Translations under genes and position numbers: made by a program
Part shown: in pieces, positions 37,662-49,428 of the stretch
Layout of the letters: every line of letters begins with the position of its first letter
Position numbering within the stretch: position 1 is the first letter of the stretch
Assembly: GCA_004022145.1 (NCBI GenBank)
Contig: RCNU01000003.1
Direction: 5' to 3' (one strand)
Length of the DNA stretch: 64,000 nucleotides
Origin: Paecilomyces variotii
Taxonomy: Eukaryota
The notes under the pieces: model-generated
Seen by the model: the letters and a program-made list of their open reading frames with translations, nothing else
Told to the model about the DNA's origin: nothing
Databases searched by the model: none

Positions 37662-39743
37662 ATCCCTCTCTTTGGGGTGGGGTTGTTTATTGGTTATGAA
37701 TTATTATTATCATTGTTGTTATTGTTATTATTAGTTATGGGTTCGGGATTATGAATATATGTAGCTGTTTTATGTTAGTTGGTGTGTGATGCATTAACTA
37801 TTCAATAAAACATACTCTAGTGATATTGAATATAAAATGGAATAGACAGAAATCAGATGGCGGTATCACATCATGCCAAGGTGTCGAAATCAAGAGTGAT
37901 GGAAGCAAATAGCTGCGTAGAACATGGGGTAGACTTTTAGCATTGCTTATTTAATATATAGAATTAATGGAGTCTAAATACTATCTAGCATACAGGAGCT
38001 GCTGGATACCCGGAAGCTTTCATAGTGCTGCATAAGACACTGTACTAGCTGACTACCGTGCTTTGCCGTATAGACTTGTGTCCTTTGCTTTTTAGACGAC
38101 TTCATTATTGGTTGATTATTAGGATGTTAAGGGACCTGGCTTAGCGAAGTGGTTTGGAGAATTTGCCTAAGGATAAACCGATGAGATGTATTTCTGTAAA
38201 GGCAAAATGTAATGATAGTATTAGATATTTGAATTCTATCGGATCAGGCAATTGTAGGTAATAATATGCTGACATATGTTGGAGAAAACACAATATATTC
38301 AGCAAACTAAAAGGAAATTGTTGGGATTCGGACTTCGGTCAGTGAATTAAATGAATGGCTTCGATATGTCGAGGTGATTTGGATATTTGGCACTGCAGTC
38401 CAAATTATGCGATTCCGTCAAGGAGTCGCATCGGTACGCGTGTAGCGCATTGGTAAAGGTTTGATGAATACTCTCCAGACCTCAACTCATCGAGGTCCTT
38501 GATCTCCTCGTCGACTGTCTGTCGTCCACATGTACGGACAGAGTTGAGGATACCAGTATTCAGATCACTAGCACCTAAGACGTGGTATTTTGACCGTCGC
38601 GTAGGGCATAATGAACTCGATCGTCGTCAAAGGCAGCCAACGGCTGGAATGGTCGATGGTGGAGATTGGCCTGGGTATAGTGGCCAGCAGTCGTGTTGCG
38701 ACTGTTCAGACAATCCTCATTCTAATCGATCAACCTGCGCTCGCGCAAGCCTTCTTGTAATATAACTGGCGGCGCGGTTGCAGAGGAGCTCGTTCGCTGT
38801 CATTGTCTGGGATGTTTCTCCATGAAGGTCGCTTCAACGAGTTGAAGATGGCATTCGACGGCGACTTCGTACCGGCACGGTATAGTGGGATATGCTTCGT
38901 AGGAAAGATGGTGTAGTAAGAGGCGCGGTGGGCATGTTGATCGTGCCGGTTGGTGAAGACAGGTCTGCCGTGGTTGAACACAGCTTATCGCGGCTCGGTA
39001 GTGAAGAGCGCAGATAGTGTAGATAGGGTGTTTGGTGACGAGTTCGACGGTCAACAAATACTCCCAGAGATCTCAGACCTCTGGCATAGCTTCATGTACG
39101 GTCTAGAGGACCATCACCCATGAACCGCTCCTGGATTCCTCCTCCCAGGAACAGACATGCATCCACCGCGTCAGTTGACGTAGACGATCACCGCGAAGGA
39201 GATCAGGCAGAAGCACAGAGGGATGTAGACGATGCGGTCCATATCGACTTTGCTGGCACTAGACATGGAGTATGGTAGAGATCTGTTGCAGTGTTCGATA
39301 GGATGCTTGTTCGTCCTCGTCTTCGGTTGTGGTAAGCAGGAAAGGAGGTGCAACGAAATGAGGGGTGGTTGAGTAGGGGTTGAGTAGAGCAGATTGATAA
39401 CTAAGATGTGGCGACTCAACAGGGGCCACGAGTTACCCCAACGAAGCCCTGCCAAGTTGCACTGGCGATCGCCGGCAATGCGGGGTCAGTCAACAATCCG
39501 TCGCGAAGAGGATAAAGAAAACAAAGAGACACTGATGTGCCCATGTCCATGTGGTTCATAGAGAACATACCAGTCTTTGATGTGTCCATTCTTCTTATTC
39601 TCCTCTTCGTGGGTGCAGATCTCGAGATCTCCGACCGTTGTTGTTCCTGAATCTCATCTCTCTCCCGTTGGAGTTGCCGAAGTGGGGATCGAGGAAGCCA
39701 TTCAGATCGATCACTCTCCAATCTTTGCTGGGATCTGGATAGT

Positions 39744-40393
39744 TAGTCATTGAGCGCTAGCGAAATGTTTCAATATACTGGCTGCAAAAGTGCTCCACTT
39801 TTTCCGCTTCTCTCTGATTGGTCTATCCTGAGTTACAGTCACATGACCACTTATTTAATTGGTCTATTCCGAGTTACAGTCACATGACAATTGGTTTATC
39901 ATATAGTTTGAACTGCTAGGTATTACCGCCTTCTGATTTAGGAAATTAAAATAACTCCTCTTAACCTCCTATACAGGTTCGCGTCTATATTGATTAATTT
40001 ACACCCTTTACAGTCCTCACCCCCTGCTTTTTATCGCCTATTTAGCTGTTATAAAAGCTCGGTTTAAAAGCATTTTCTTCTATCTAAATATTGGCTTCTT
40101 ATTAGTCTGTTTAAAATATCGACTATAATAGCTAAATCCCTCTTACCTATCCCCCTTCTGCCTATCCTGCCTATAGGCTTCGGCTTCTTATACTATCTAG
40201 CAATTACTAATTAGCTTCACCTATTAAGTGGTTCTTTACAACATGATTATTATCCACAGTCATTATTACACTAAAGGAACCTAATAAATTACCTAATTAA
40301 GCAATCAACCTGTCTGCCAGCGCGCGCCAGCGCGCCAGCGCCAGCAGCCAGCTTAGTCAGAGCAGCCAGCTTGGTCACTACGCTCAATGATTA
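39744..40393. mobile_element. Non-autonomous TIR DNA transposon relic (MITE-like), RIP-like composition
   Basis: TAGTCATTGAGCG (39744-39756) and CGCTCAATGATTA (40381-40393) form a 12/13 inverted repeat with TA at both outer ends. Subterminal direct repeats at both ends. Interior is TA-rich, CA/TG-poor, with no ORF. Confidence 0.65.
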
Positions 40394-42696
40394 TTTGCTA
40401 CGGCCCCTCCTAGCCGTAGCGCACCTAGTTACCTAGTTAGACCGCTGTTGCCTGGTTAGTTAGTTAAGTCACAGTCTGCTGAGGTAACTATGGTTATTCA
40501 GATAGAAACAATCAATCAGGATTACTCGTTTCCTTCAGGGTTGAAACAGATCGATCCAGAATGGTGCCAGATCTCTCTCTTGAGCGACTCATATCCGCTA
40601 AAATTCGCCAGCAGGAAACCTTCTGGTAGAACTTTCTTTCCCTTTCGCATCGTTGACTGGTCGAATCGTTTGTCTCTCCCGCGTATCTGGGAAACGTCCA
40701 CTCTAACATATATAGAGACTGTCTCGACTAATGTCCTGTGTCAATAATGATTAATATATATTGTCTGCCTGATCGCGCGGATGCAATGACTTGGTACGAA
40801 ACGATAGAAAATACGACATCGAGTCTCCAGAAAGTAAATGCTTCCTCGTCCAGTAATGATGATAATATGGGAACAGTCCATTGCTCTTTGATATAATCAT
40901 CATCATGGGAGCGTCATCATCACCAACTTGTTTGGAAATAACTCGGGGCAGTCCTTACATACTGACAGTGAGATTTCTCATGACATGCTCATCTACATAT
41001 GCTGAAATTGATACCCGATTCCCAAAGATATACATGCAATTTCTAGGATCTATCTCTGCGAAGTAACAGGGTTGGCAGCACCACTACTACTATGGAAGGC
41101 TTTCACTTAAAGGCCAGATAGGCTTCTGCTAAAATATGTGCGATATAGCAATGATGAAGAGACTATAAGAGTCCACAAGAGTCTATAAGAATGCTCTAGT
41201 CCAAAGCACATTGTAGAGTAAAGGCGGTCTGCTGCAGGAGTGAGGACAATCACGTGCATTGGGAACTCCTTCCAGGCTATTCCACACAGACTCAGGTGGC
41301 AATCATTCCCCTGGGACCATTACCATATTGTTGAACGTCCCTTTTCTTTGCTATTAATAATTATTATCGCCATCAATCATTTGCGGAAGTCCATGTACTC
41401 TGTACTTTGCCTCTTGCCAAGCATGATCGCCCGGGAGTGGAGAATGTGCCCGGTTGCACAAGCGCCCAAGTAGAGGCGCTTGTCTCTTGGCTTACGAAGT
41501 GACATGGGATGGATGATGGATCCAGGACGGGCCTTCGCAGCCCTGCCAGATGTCTTATCGGTTGGTTACATTTCAAAGTCGTGATCATATGTACCTGGGT
41601 TTAGAGAAAATGAAGGACTACGGAATGCTCATGAGATACAACTAGATAAGCCTACCCCAGGATAGGTATGGATCTCTGGAATGAAGTGGCAGATGTCAGA
41701 CTTGTCTGGAATCAGAAAGAACAGATCCCTATAGGAGGACTCATGGATCGAAGGCATGATACGATCTCTCAGTCGATCAAGTCGGTCGTTATTTACTTCA
41801 TCCCACGGGTCCACCGCAGTCGAGCCCCTGGATGCGGTATGTGAGGGACGCACTCTCAGCCTATGTCGACACTCGATGTACCATATCTATGCGCTGTGCT
41901 TGTTGGTTGTGGATGGCCAACTGTTTCTTTCCCACGGATCGCGGTGAGATTGAGACTGGAAATGTCTCGCGTTCTTGGTGCTAAAATTATTATCACCGGG
42001 CCTTGGGCCTATCGTCGATTCGTCGTCCCTCGCGCCCTCGGTTCGCCCTCTGTAAGCGAAATCAATAACTAGTTACTCCACCGGGCCGACGCAGGCACAG
42101 CTGGCATTTGTTGGTCAATGTTTCATGGACGCCTCAGCTCTGACGCAAGCCGAACTGCTCTTTGCCGGTGTCCCTGCGACTTGTCAGATCCCTAATCCCA
42201 TGGGGCTGTGTTTGTTGCATGCGACGTCGTGCGAACAACATCTGCTGCCGCCCTGATGGAGACTAAATGGCTTTGACTTTGGTTGTCCCTTTGTCGCAAC
42301 CGTTCCCTCTTTTGAGTTCGTCATCACCCCGACTAACTAAGCGCATGGGGCCTTCGCTCCTAGAGCAACTGTATCGACACAGTCTTTAGTCTTTGTTTTT
42401 TGGCCTGTCCAGCTACATCCATCTTTCGTTATTTTTTTTTCTGTGGTCTAACCAGCGTACCTGGAGATTTCCTTCGTTTGCTGAATCACTATTGTGGTTC
42501 GCTGCTCTTCACACCGGGACAGTCGTTTCATTGTTCATTGTATATCTTCACTTCGCATTTCGAAGTAACCTCGCTTCGTTTTTGAGGACTTCACTTGATA
42601 CATAGATATACCTATCCCACTGGTGACGCATCAGCGACATCCTATTTCTGCTTCAGTTTTCTGATCATACATATTTGCGTTTTGACGCAGTCGATC

Positions 42697-44075
42697 ATGG
42701 CTCCATACTCCAAGTTCGCGGCGTTTGCCGTCGCAGCGCTGCTTCCATTTGCGTCTGCTCAGACTTACTCGTCCTGCAACCCAATCGAAACGAGTAAGTA
42801 GATTTTAATTTTCTCCAGTTTTCTCCGTTTCATATGGGTGTATGGACATAGTTCATATGCCACTACCAATATGAGCACCAAAGGCTGACCATGTCCAGCG
42901 GGCTGCCCTGCTGATGCCGGCTTGAACACCACGAGTTTCTCGACCGACTTTACCACAATCAGCGGTACCAGCTTTCCTGGCTGGAACACGACCGCCGGCA
43001 CGGTGACCGCTTCAGAGAACGGTGCTGAGTTCACCATCAAGAAGCGTGGTGATGCACCAACGATCCAGACGGATTTCTACATCCTGTTCGGACAGATCGA
43101 TGTGAAGTTCAAGGCTGCTCCTGGAACTGGTATCGTCAGTTCTGTCGTTCTGGAGTCCGATGATCTAGATGAAATCGACTGGGTATGTGTCTATCTCTAA
43201 ATCACCAACATACCACCGAAATATAAGAAATGCATAACCTAACGAACCACAAACAGGAAGCGCTGGGCGGCGACACCACCCAGATCGAAACCGACTATTT
43301 CGGCAAAGGCGACACGGGCACTTATGACCGTGCCACCTATGCGACGGTTACCACTCCGCAATCTGTCTACCACACATACACTGTCCACTGGACTGCGAGC
43401 TCCATTGAGTGGCTGATCGATGGAACGAACGTGCGTACGCTCCTGTACGCCGATGCCAAGAACGGTACCCGCTTCCCGCAGACTCCATGCCGTGTGAAGA
43501 TCGGTATCTGGGCCGGTGGTGACCCCTCTAACGGTGAGGGAACGATCGAATGGGCTGGTGGTGAGACTGATTACACCAAGGCACCATTCACCATGTACGT
43601 CGAGTCTGTCAACATCACCAACTATACCCCTGCGTCGGAGTACACTTATGACGGCACTTCCGGATCCTGGGAGAGCATTAAGGCTTCTAACTCAACTTCC
43701 TCGGATGACATTGGTGAGACAACTTCGGGCGATGGATCTACCAGCAGCAAAAGCAGCAGCAGCAGCACTACTAGCGACAAGAGCAGCACTTCCTCTAGCT
43801 CCTCATCTGCTAGTTCTTCTGGCTCTTCCTCGTCCGGCTCTGCCAGCTCGACTACTAAGTCGTCTGACAACTCCTCCAAGTCTGTCAGCGGCAGCGCCTC
43901 GAGCACTGCAGCTGGATCCGGAGCCACAACCCAGGCCGCGTCATCATCTGGCGCCTCGTCTTCCTCTTCCGCCTCTACCACCGACAGCGCCGGCATGTCT
44001 GTCAAGCCTGGCATTGGATTCGGCTCTTTCATGGGCTTTATCGGTTTCTTCTTCGCCAGCGTCATCCTCGTCTAA
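42697..44075 (+). CDS. GPI-anchored Crh-family GH16 chitin-glucan transglycosylase (Crh1/Crf1-like)
   Basis: Signal peptide plus AQTYSSCNP; introns 42794-42898 and 43183-43256; catalytic DLDEIDW/E; FPQTP...GIWAGGD...GTIEWAGG; Ser/Thr-rich stalk; hydrophobic C-terminal GPI signal. Confidence 0.95.
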
Positions 44076-44982
44076 ACCTCCAATTGCTGCTTCTGGAATT
44101 ATTTCTCCTTTCCTGAGCAAAGAAGGGTTCAAAAATTCAGGAAGGGAAACTTGCACATATTATTCTTGTTTTTTATGATCGGGTATCTTTTGTTCGATAT
44201 TCGATGGTACATTAAGATTTCCTGTCAACAAATTTCCTTCCATACACATCCTTTCGGGGCATTATTTTGAACCGGGTCGGTCTTCCTGCCCTTTTCAAAA
44301 TCGTACTCTTAATCCTCACCACCTTTTTGCTCCCCTGAGTTTTTTCCGTGTAGAACAGATATATCTTTGATGCATTTCGGGATTTTTTATGAAACGTACA
44401 TAAAACGATACATTGCTACCAAATTCTTATCTTTCTCTCTAATTGTTTTTATGATTAGGTGTTAAAAGTCAAGCGAGTCTGAAACGTGTCAAAGTGAGAT
44501 ATTAGGTGGATCTAGGGTTTATCTGACCTGGAGGAGTAGATAGGCCTACGTAATCTGTGAGGAGCCCTTACTTTTTCCCCCAAAGGCCCGCTTATTTTTG
44601 GGCCATTCTCTGGGTGTTCTGTTCGAGATTTAGATGCCTAGCTAACACTCGTGTTCCAAAGACGCAAAGGATTCTACCAAGTGTAACTTTCTTCATGGAC
44701 CCAGGAAATACATAGAAAGAAGGCATGTATCGATTGCGAGGCTCATAGAAAGCAAATACCCCCAATAAGGTTATTCCCACGTGATCCTACTAAGACGAGA
44801 CCTACTCCCATAATAATAAAAGCATACCCATGCGATTTTGAACAGAAAGACGCCCAAACTCATAACGAAAATATGGGTATGATCGCTCATAGCCTTGTAC
44901 CATGCAATGCGTGTTCTCCATCTGCTATCATAATTCATAAGCATTATAGCATTATCCAAAAACTGTCATCATGATCTTTCCC

Positions 44983-46437
44983 TCAAGGGATGCGCTTCTG
45001 CAACCCCTCCATCTTGCTGTCGAGCGTCCTCAGGGTTTGCGCCACACGACGGTGTTGAAAGACTATCTCACGTAGTAGGGAGGACTTGGAGACCTCCTGA
45101 ACCTCTGGCTGCGATTCATCGTTCTGGTCGAGAACAAGAGAGGATACTCGACGGATCAAACGCGTGGCATCTGAAACGAAGGACCTCGTATTGTTCTGAG
45201 AAGCATCGGATGACGCTTGCTCCTCCCGAATCAGTATGTCCTCTACTGATTCAAGATGTTCATCCATTTTGGCAATTTCCGAAAGCACTGAACCGACTCT
45301 CGACCTGACCAATGAAGCTTGTCGCTGGAGGATATGCGCATGGTGGGAGATCTGGCTTGGAAACGATGTCTCACTATTTTCCGGGGAACGCCAAGAGAAC
45401 TCGACTGAGAATCCCAAGAATCCGTTGGAAGAGCCTTTCCCGTTTCCATTTGCATCATCTTGCATTGGATCACGAACCTGCAATAGTTGCTTCGTCATCC
45501 TGGACTCTTCTTCGAGTCGATCTAAAGCTGACACCATATCAGCCGTGAGGAGATCAAGCTGAAGAGAAGCAGAACGGATGGCTGGCCATGTTCCCTGGAA
45601 TTCCAAGTCTAGCTCATATTTCGCTCCTGTATATGTCGCCTTCAGCTGACCGTATAGATCACGAAGTGCGGACTCTTCTTTTTTGAGCGGACTGGGCACA
45701 AGGTTGATCTCGTGGATCGTTGTATTGAGCGCAGCTTCAAATTGCGCCTGAGAGCTTGCGATTGACTGGTATTGCGAATGCCTCTGAATCTCAGCTGGAG
45801 AGCGCTTATATTGGACAGTACCTGGCGTCTGAGCACAGCTGGCAGGGTAGATAGTAAGGACGAGGGACACGTTGCAGATAATCGGATACTGATAGATCAA
45901 CTCCGGCAGAACCAGCAGGTGCAAAATAGCCAGGAGTAGGAAAATTGACACTATATTTTTCGTGTACTTTTTGGATCCTATCGATTGGACAATCTCCCAT
46001 GCTTTTTCGGACAGGCTGCTTGAGATGTCTGGGTGAGCTGCAAGAGGGTCGTTGGCAACTGTCGTGGAAGCCTCAGGAACATGAGCTTTCTCTTGTGCTG
46101 CTTCTGGAGAAGTCTGCTCAGTCTTCTTGTGCTTGTGTAACGAACCCTTGCGATGTCGTAGTTTTGGAGCGACCCACGAGGCCTCTGATATCGTATCGTC
46201 GTATATAGATGGCATAATAAGCTCGGGTCCCGAACTCGAAGCAACAGATGTCGCCTGGGGCGAACTAGGCCTTGGTGGCTGGCTATACGAACGCCGAGAT
46301 CTGACTTCATCTTGTCGACTTTGCGGCACCTCGGGAATACTCTTCTGTGGAAAGAACTGCGAGTTGGCGTCTGCAACGACCCAGGACTCCCCCAAGACAG
46401 AACTGTTCTCTGGCCGCGGTGCTGAGTTTGTAGCCAT
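44983..46437 (-). CDS. Hypothetical protein with one central TM segment and a helical/coiled-coil C-terminus
   Basis: Uninterrupted ORF of about 484 aa; hydrophobic IVSIFLLLAILHLLVLPELI; head-to-head with the ThrRS gene (about 465 bp spacer). Confidence 0.75.
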   Translation of the reverse strand: MATNSAPRPENSSVLGESWVVADANSQFFPQKSIPEVPQSRQDEVRSRRSYSQPPRPSSPQATSVASSSGPELIMPSIYDDTISEASWVAPKLRHRKGSLHKHKKTEQTSPEAAQEKAHVPEASTTVANDPLAAHPDISSSLSEKAWEIVQSIGSKKYTKNIVSIFLLLAILHLLVLPELIYQYPIICNVSLVLTIYPASCAQTPGTVQYKRSPAEIQRHSQYQSIASSQAQFEAALNTTIHEINLVPSPLKKEESALRDLYGQLKATYTGAKYELDLEFQGTWPAIRSASLQLDLLTADMVSALDRLEEESRMTKQLLQVRDPMQDDANGNGKGSSNGFLGFSVEFSWRSPENSETSFPSQISHHAHILQRQASLVRSRVGSVLSEIAKMDEHLESVEDILIREEQASSDASQNNTRSFVSDATRLIRRVSSLVLDQNDESQPEVQEVSKSSLLREIVFQHRRVAQTLRTLDSKMEGLQKRIP

Positions 46438-46901
46438 GATGAGGGGCAAGACGGTCTATATTGTGCGAAAAATAGAGAAGTAGAGCTAGAAGACTCTGAT
46501 AAAATGGTGACAGCAGAGAATGAAAGAGCGTGTATAGCAAACGAGCGTTGTAATGGCTAGTCAATATGGATTCCAGCTGTCATATCGCGGGGTACCGTAA
46601 GATAAGATTGGACGAGCGCAAAGTTGAGAGAAAAGACCCAGAGGGCATCTGAATCAGCCAGCAGCAAAGTGAAAGGACATGACAAGAGTAAACAGCGCGC
46701 TTTGTTTACCCTGAGCTATCGACCTGGCAAGCGCATCGCGTGGAATTGTTTTGCTGAGCTCGAAAGCACTGGCCAGATCTTGTATCGGAATGATTGGCAG
46801 GCTCGAGGCGGAGAAAGACCACCGCGTCCGCGACTTTGTCTTTTGGCCGGACAGCGGCAAAGTAGAACCAAAAGCCTCTCTCTGCCGACCAAAACCTGGC
46901 C

Positions 46902-48491
46902 ATGCGGCGATTCCTGGCAAGCAGTCGCTGGCAGCGCCAGTTTCTATCTCGTGCTGTTCGCCGTGACAGCCGCGGGCATCGAGTTGGCCCTCAATGGCCC
47001 TCGATTTCCGCCCGGAGCTGTTCGTCTTGCTCCACAGCACGGACTGCGAGCAGTGATGCCTCTGTTGTCCAACCTCACACGCCAGCAGCAGATCATCGAG
47101 TCCTCGGAACGGCGCAAGAACTCTTCACCTCGTCTCCCTACAGTCCCGGATCACCTCTCTTCCTCCCGAACGGTACGCATGTTGTCAACAAGCTCATCTC
47201 CTTCCTCCGCACCCAATACCGCCAGTATGGCTTCCGCGAAGTCCTGACTCCCAATATCTACAAACGATCGCTGTGGGAGGTCTCGGGTCATTGGCAGAAC
47301 TACAAAGATGATATGTACGAAGTGCACGGGCGAGGTGCGACCGGCACGACGGAGGGGGAAGCTGGAGAGGATGAATCCTACGGACTGAAGCCGATGAACT
47401 GTCCGGGCCACTGTCTGCTATTCAAATCACAGAACCATTCCTATCGTGAGCTCCCAGTGCGGTACGCAGACTTCAGTCCACTACATCGCAATGAGGTCTC
47501 TGGGTCCTTGAGCGGCCTCACTCGTGTGCGCCGCTTCCACCAGGACGACGGCCATATCTTTTGCCGGCCGCAGCAGATCAAGAGGGAGATCGCACTAGCC
47601 CTGGGGTTCGTAGACATGGTCATGAAGACATTCAAGCTGGGTCAATATCGACTCGTATTGTCTACAAGGCCGGAGAAGGACTTTATTGGAAGTCTGGAGC
47701 TGTGGGATAGTGCGGAAGCCCAGCTACGAGAGGCGTTGGATGACACTGGAAGACCGTGGGAGTTGAACGAAGGAGACGGGGCATTCTACGGTCCCAAGAT
47801 CGATATTCAGTTGCAAGATTCGGATGGAAAGTTCCATCAGCTCTCCACGATACAGCTGGATATGAACCTCCCCCAGAGGTTCGGTCTAGAATATCAGGTA
47901 GCAGAAGGAGAGGAAGATTATAACCCGGACACACCTGGGAGAGCAACTCCGGTATTGATCCATCGAGCCATCTTCGGATCATTAGAGCGGTTTCTGGCAT
48001 TGCTGATCGAACACTACGCCGGCCGCTGGCCGTTCTGGCTGTCTCCCCGCCAGGCCATCATCCTAACGGTCCAGCAGGACGACACTGTCTTGCGTCAGGC
48101 GCAAGAGGCTGCAGCCAAGTTCGCTGGATTTCGCGCACTTCTGCAGGACCATAATCAGGCCGAACCCCCAGCCCCGTTATCGTCGGTCGATCCAACTTTC
48201 TTAGTTGATGTGGACACCAGTAGCCAATCGCTGGGTAAGAAAATACAGCGGGCAAAACAGATGAAGTACAATCTCATCTTTGTCCTTGGCTCTAGAAACC
48301 TCGCAGACGGCACAATCGAGCTAGATATCGCCGGGCAAATGCAAAGTATGGACGATGCCGGTGCTACGAAATTGCAGCATATCATGGAACGGCAAGTCGG
48401 GGCAGATGCTCTTCGAAATCCTCGAGCCGTCAAGATGAAGGTCGATGATGTGCATGACCTCCTAGTCCAGCTCGAGAAGAGTTTCCTATGA
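46902..48491 (+). CDS. MST1: Mitochondrial threonyl-tRNA synthetase (Mst1-like, no N-terminal editing domain)
   Basis: Arg/Ser-rich presequence; DHRVLG; YGLKPMNCPGHC; HRNEVSGSLSGLTRVRRFHQDDGHIFC; GAFYGPKID; IHRAIFGSLERF; anticodon-binding domain. Intronless. Confidence 0.93.
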   Translation: MRRFLASSRWQRQFLSRAVRRDSRGHRVGPQWPSISARSCSSCSTARTASSDASVVQPHTPAADHRVLGTAQELFTSSPYSPGSPLFLPNGTHVVNKLISFLRTQYRQYGFREVLTPNIYKRSLWEVSGHWQNYKDDMYEVHGRGATGTTEGEAGEDESYGLKPMNCPGHCLLFKSQNHSYRELPVRYADFSPLHRNEVSGSLSGLTRVRRFHQDDGHIFCRPQQIKREIALALGFVDMVMKTFKLGQYRLVLSTRPEKDFIGSLELWDSAEAQLREALDDTGRPWELNEGDGAFYGPKIDIQLQDSDGKFHQLSTIQLDMNLPQRFGLEYQVAEGEEDYNPDTPGRATPVLIHRAIFGSLERFLALLIEHYAGRWPFWLSPRQAIILTVQQDDTVLRQAQEAAAKFAGFRALLQDHNQAEPPAPLSSVDPTFLVDVDTSSQSLGKKIQRAKQMKYNLIFVLGSRNLADGTIELDIAGQMQSMDDAGATKLQHIMERQVGADALRNPRAVKMKVDDVHDLLVQLEKSFL

Positions 48492-49428
48492 GTGCGGCAG
48501 CTTACGCCTTTCTAATTATTAGCTTGCGAGACTTATGCCCGCTCTGCATCCCTTGTCCTTTTCTCTTTTTTGAGGCAATGTCCCTTTGTCCCGGGCCATA
48601 TATTATGAATTGTATTATAGATGTACAGTACAGTGCATGATTACGGCAGAATGTATGTATAGATTTTTGAGAAACATTTTTGGACCCCACGGAGCCCAAG
48701 CCTATTTTTACGAGTGTGATTGATCCCTTGTTGCCACATCCAAGTGCTCTCATTTGCCTGTATCATGATTCTTATTAATTGCACCACATTGGGCACATGT
48801 TAATCCATCCGTGGGTCATCCTTTTGGGCGCCACCAGACTACACTACGAGTCTACGACTCATATCCTGTCGACTTATGCCCTCCTTCGTTCTGGTCAGAA
48901 ACAAAGTTGGCACTAGGGACGTTTGACTATGGGCGGCGCCATCACTATCGAGCATTCTTTCCAGGGCTGGCATGATCGTTCTCATGCCCTCAACTCCTGG
49001 CTCGTGGGGCCCAGTAGCGTCCCATCAGCCACAAAATTCACGATGATATTCATGATTTGCGGCGCGATCGCTGGGGACTCCGCCTGGCACGGGTGCTGCC
49101 GCGCTGTTTTCCCCTTTTCGCATCGTCGGTGGGATGAGAAGATCCTTCCATGTGGGCCGTTGGCGTCTCGAACGTCTTTAAACCAAATGCAATAATAATA
49201 CAACTGGAGAAGAAAACTCCCCCGCCGTGACCCGAAAAGGCGATGTCGTTCCCCGCGATTATGGTATGTTTCGTCCCGCGACCAGCTCTGCCAGTACCGC
49301 CGATGATTCTCCATGCGGAAGGTATCGCATGGCCTCAATGAAGGCTATCCTTCGGGCCTTTCTTGCCTTTGATCCCACTCTCTCTTGAACAGGCGGTTCA
49401 CTCTAATCATAAGACTGCAATTCGGATC

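Noticed and set aside
39817..39900. CRISPR-like repeat-spacer array
   Set aside because: Eukaryotic context, only two full repeats with a 10-nt gap, and no cas genes; better explained as transposon subterminal repeats.
46902..48491. Missing editing domain in ThrRS as a novelty
   Set aside because: Already known for fungal mitochondrial Mst1-type enzymes.
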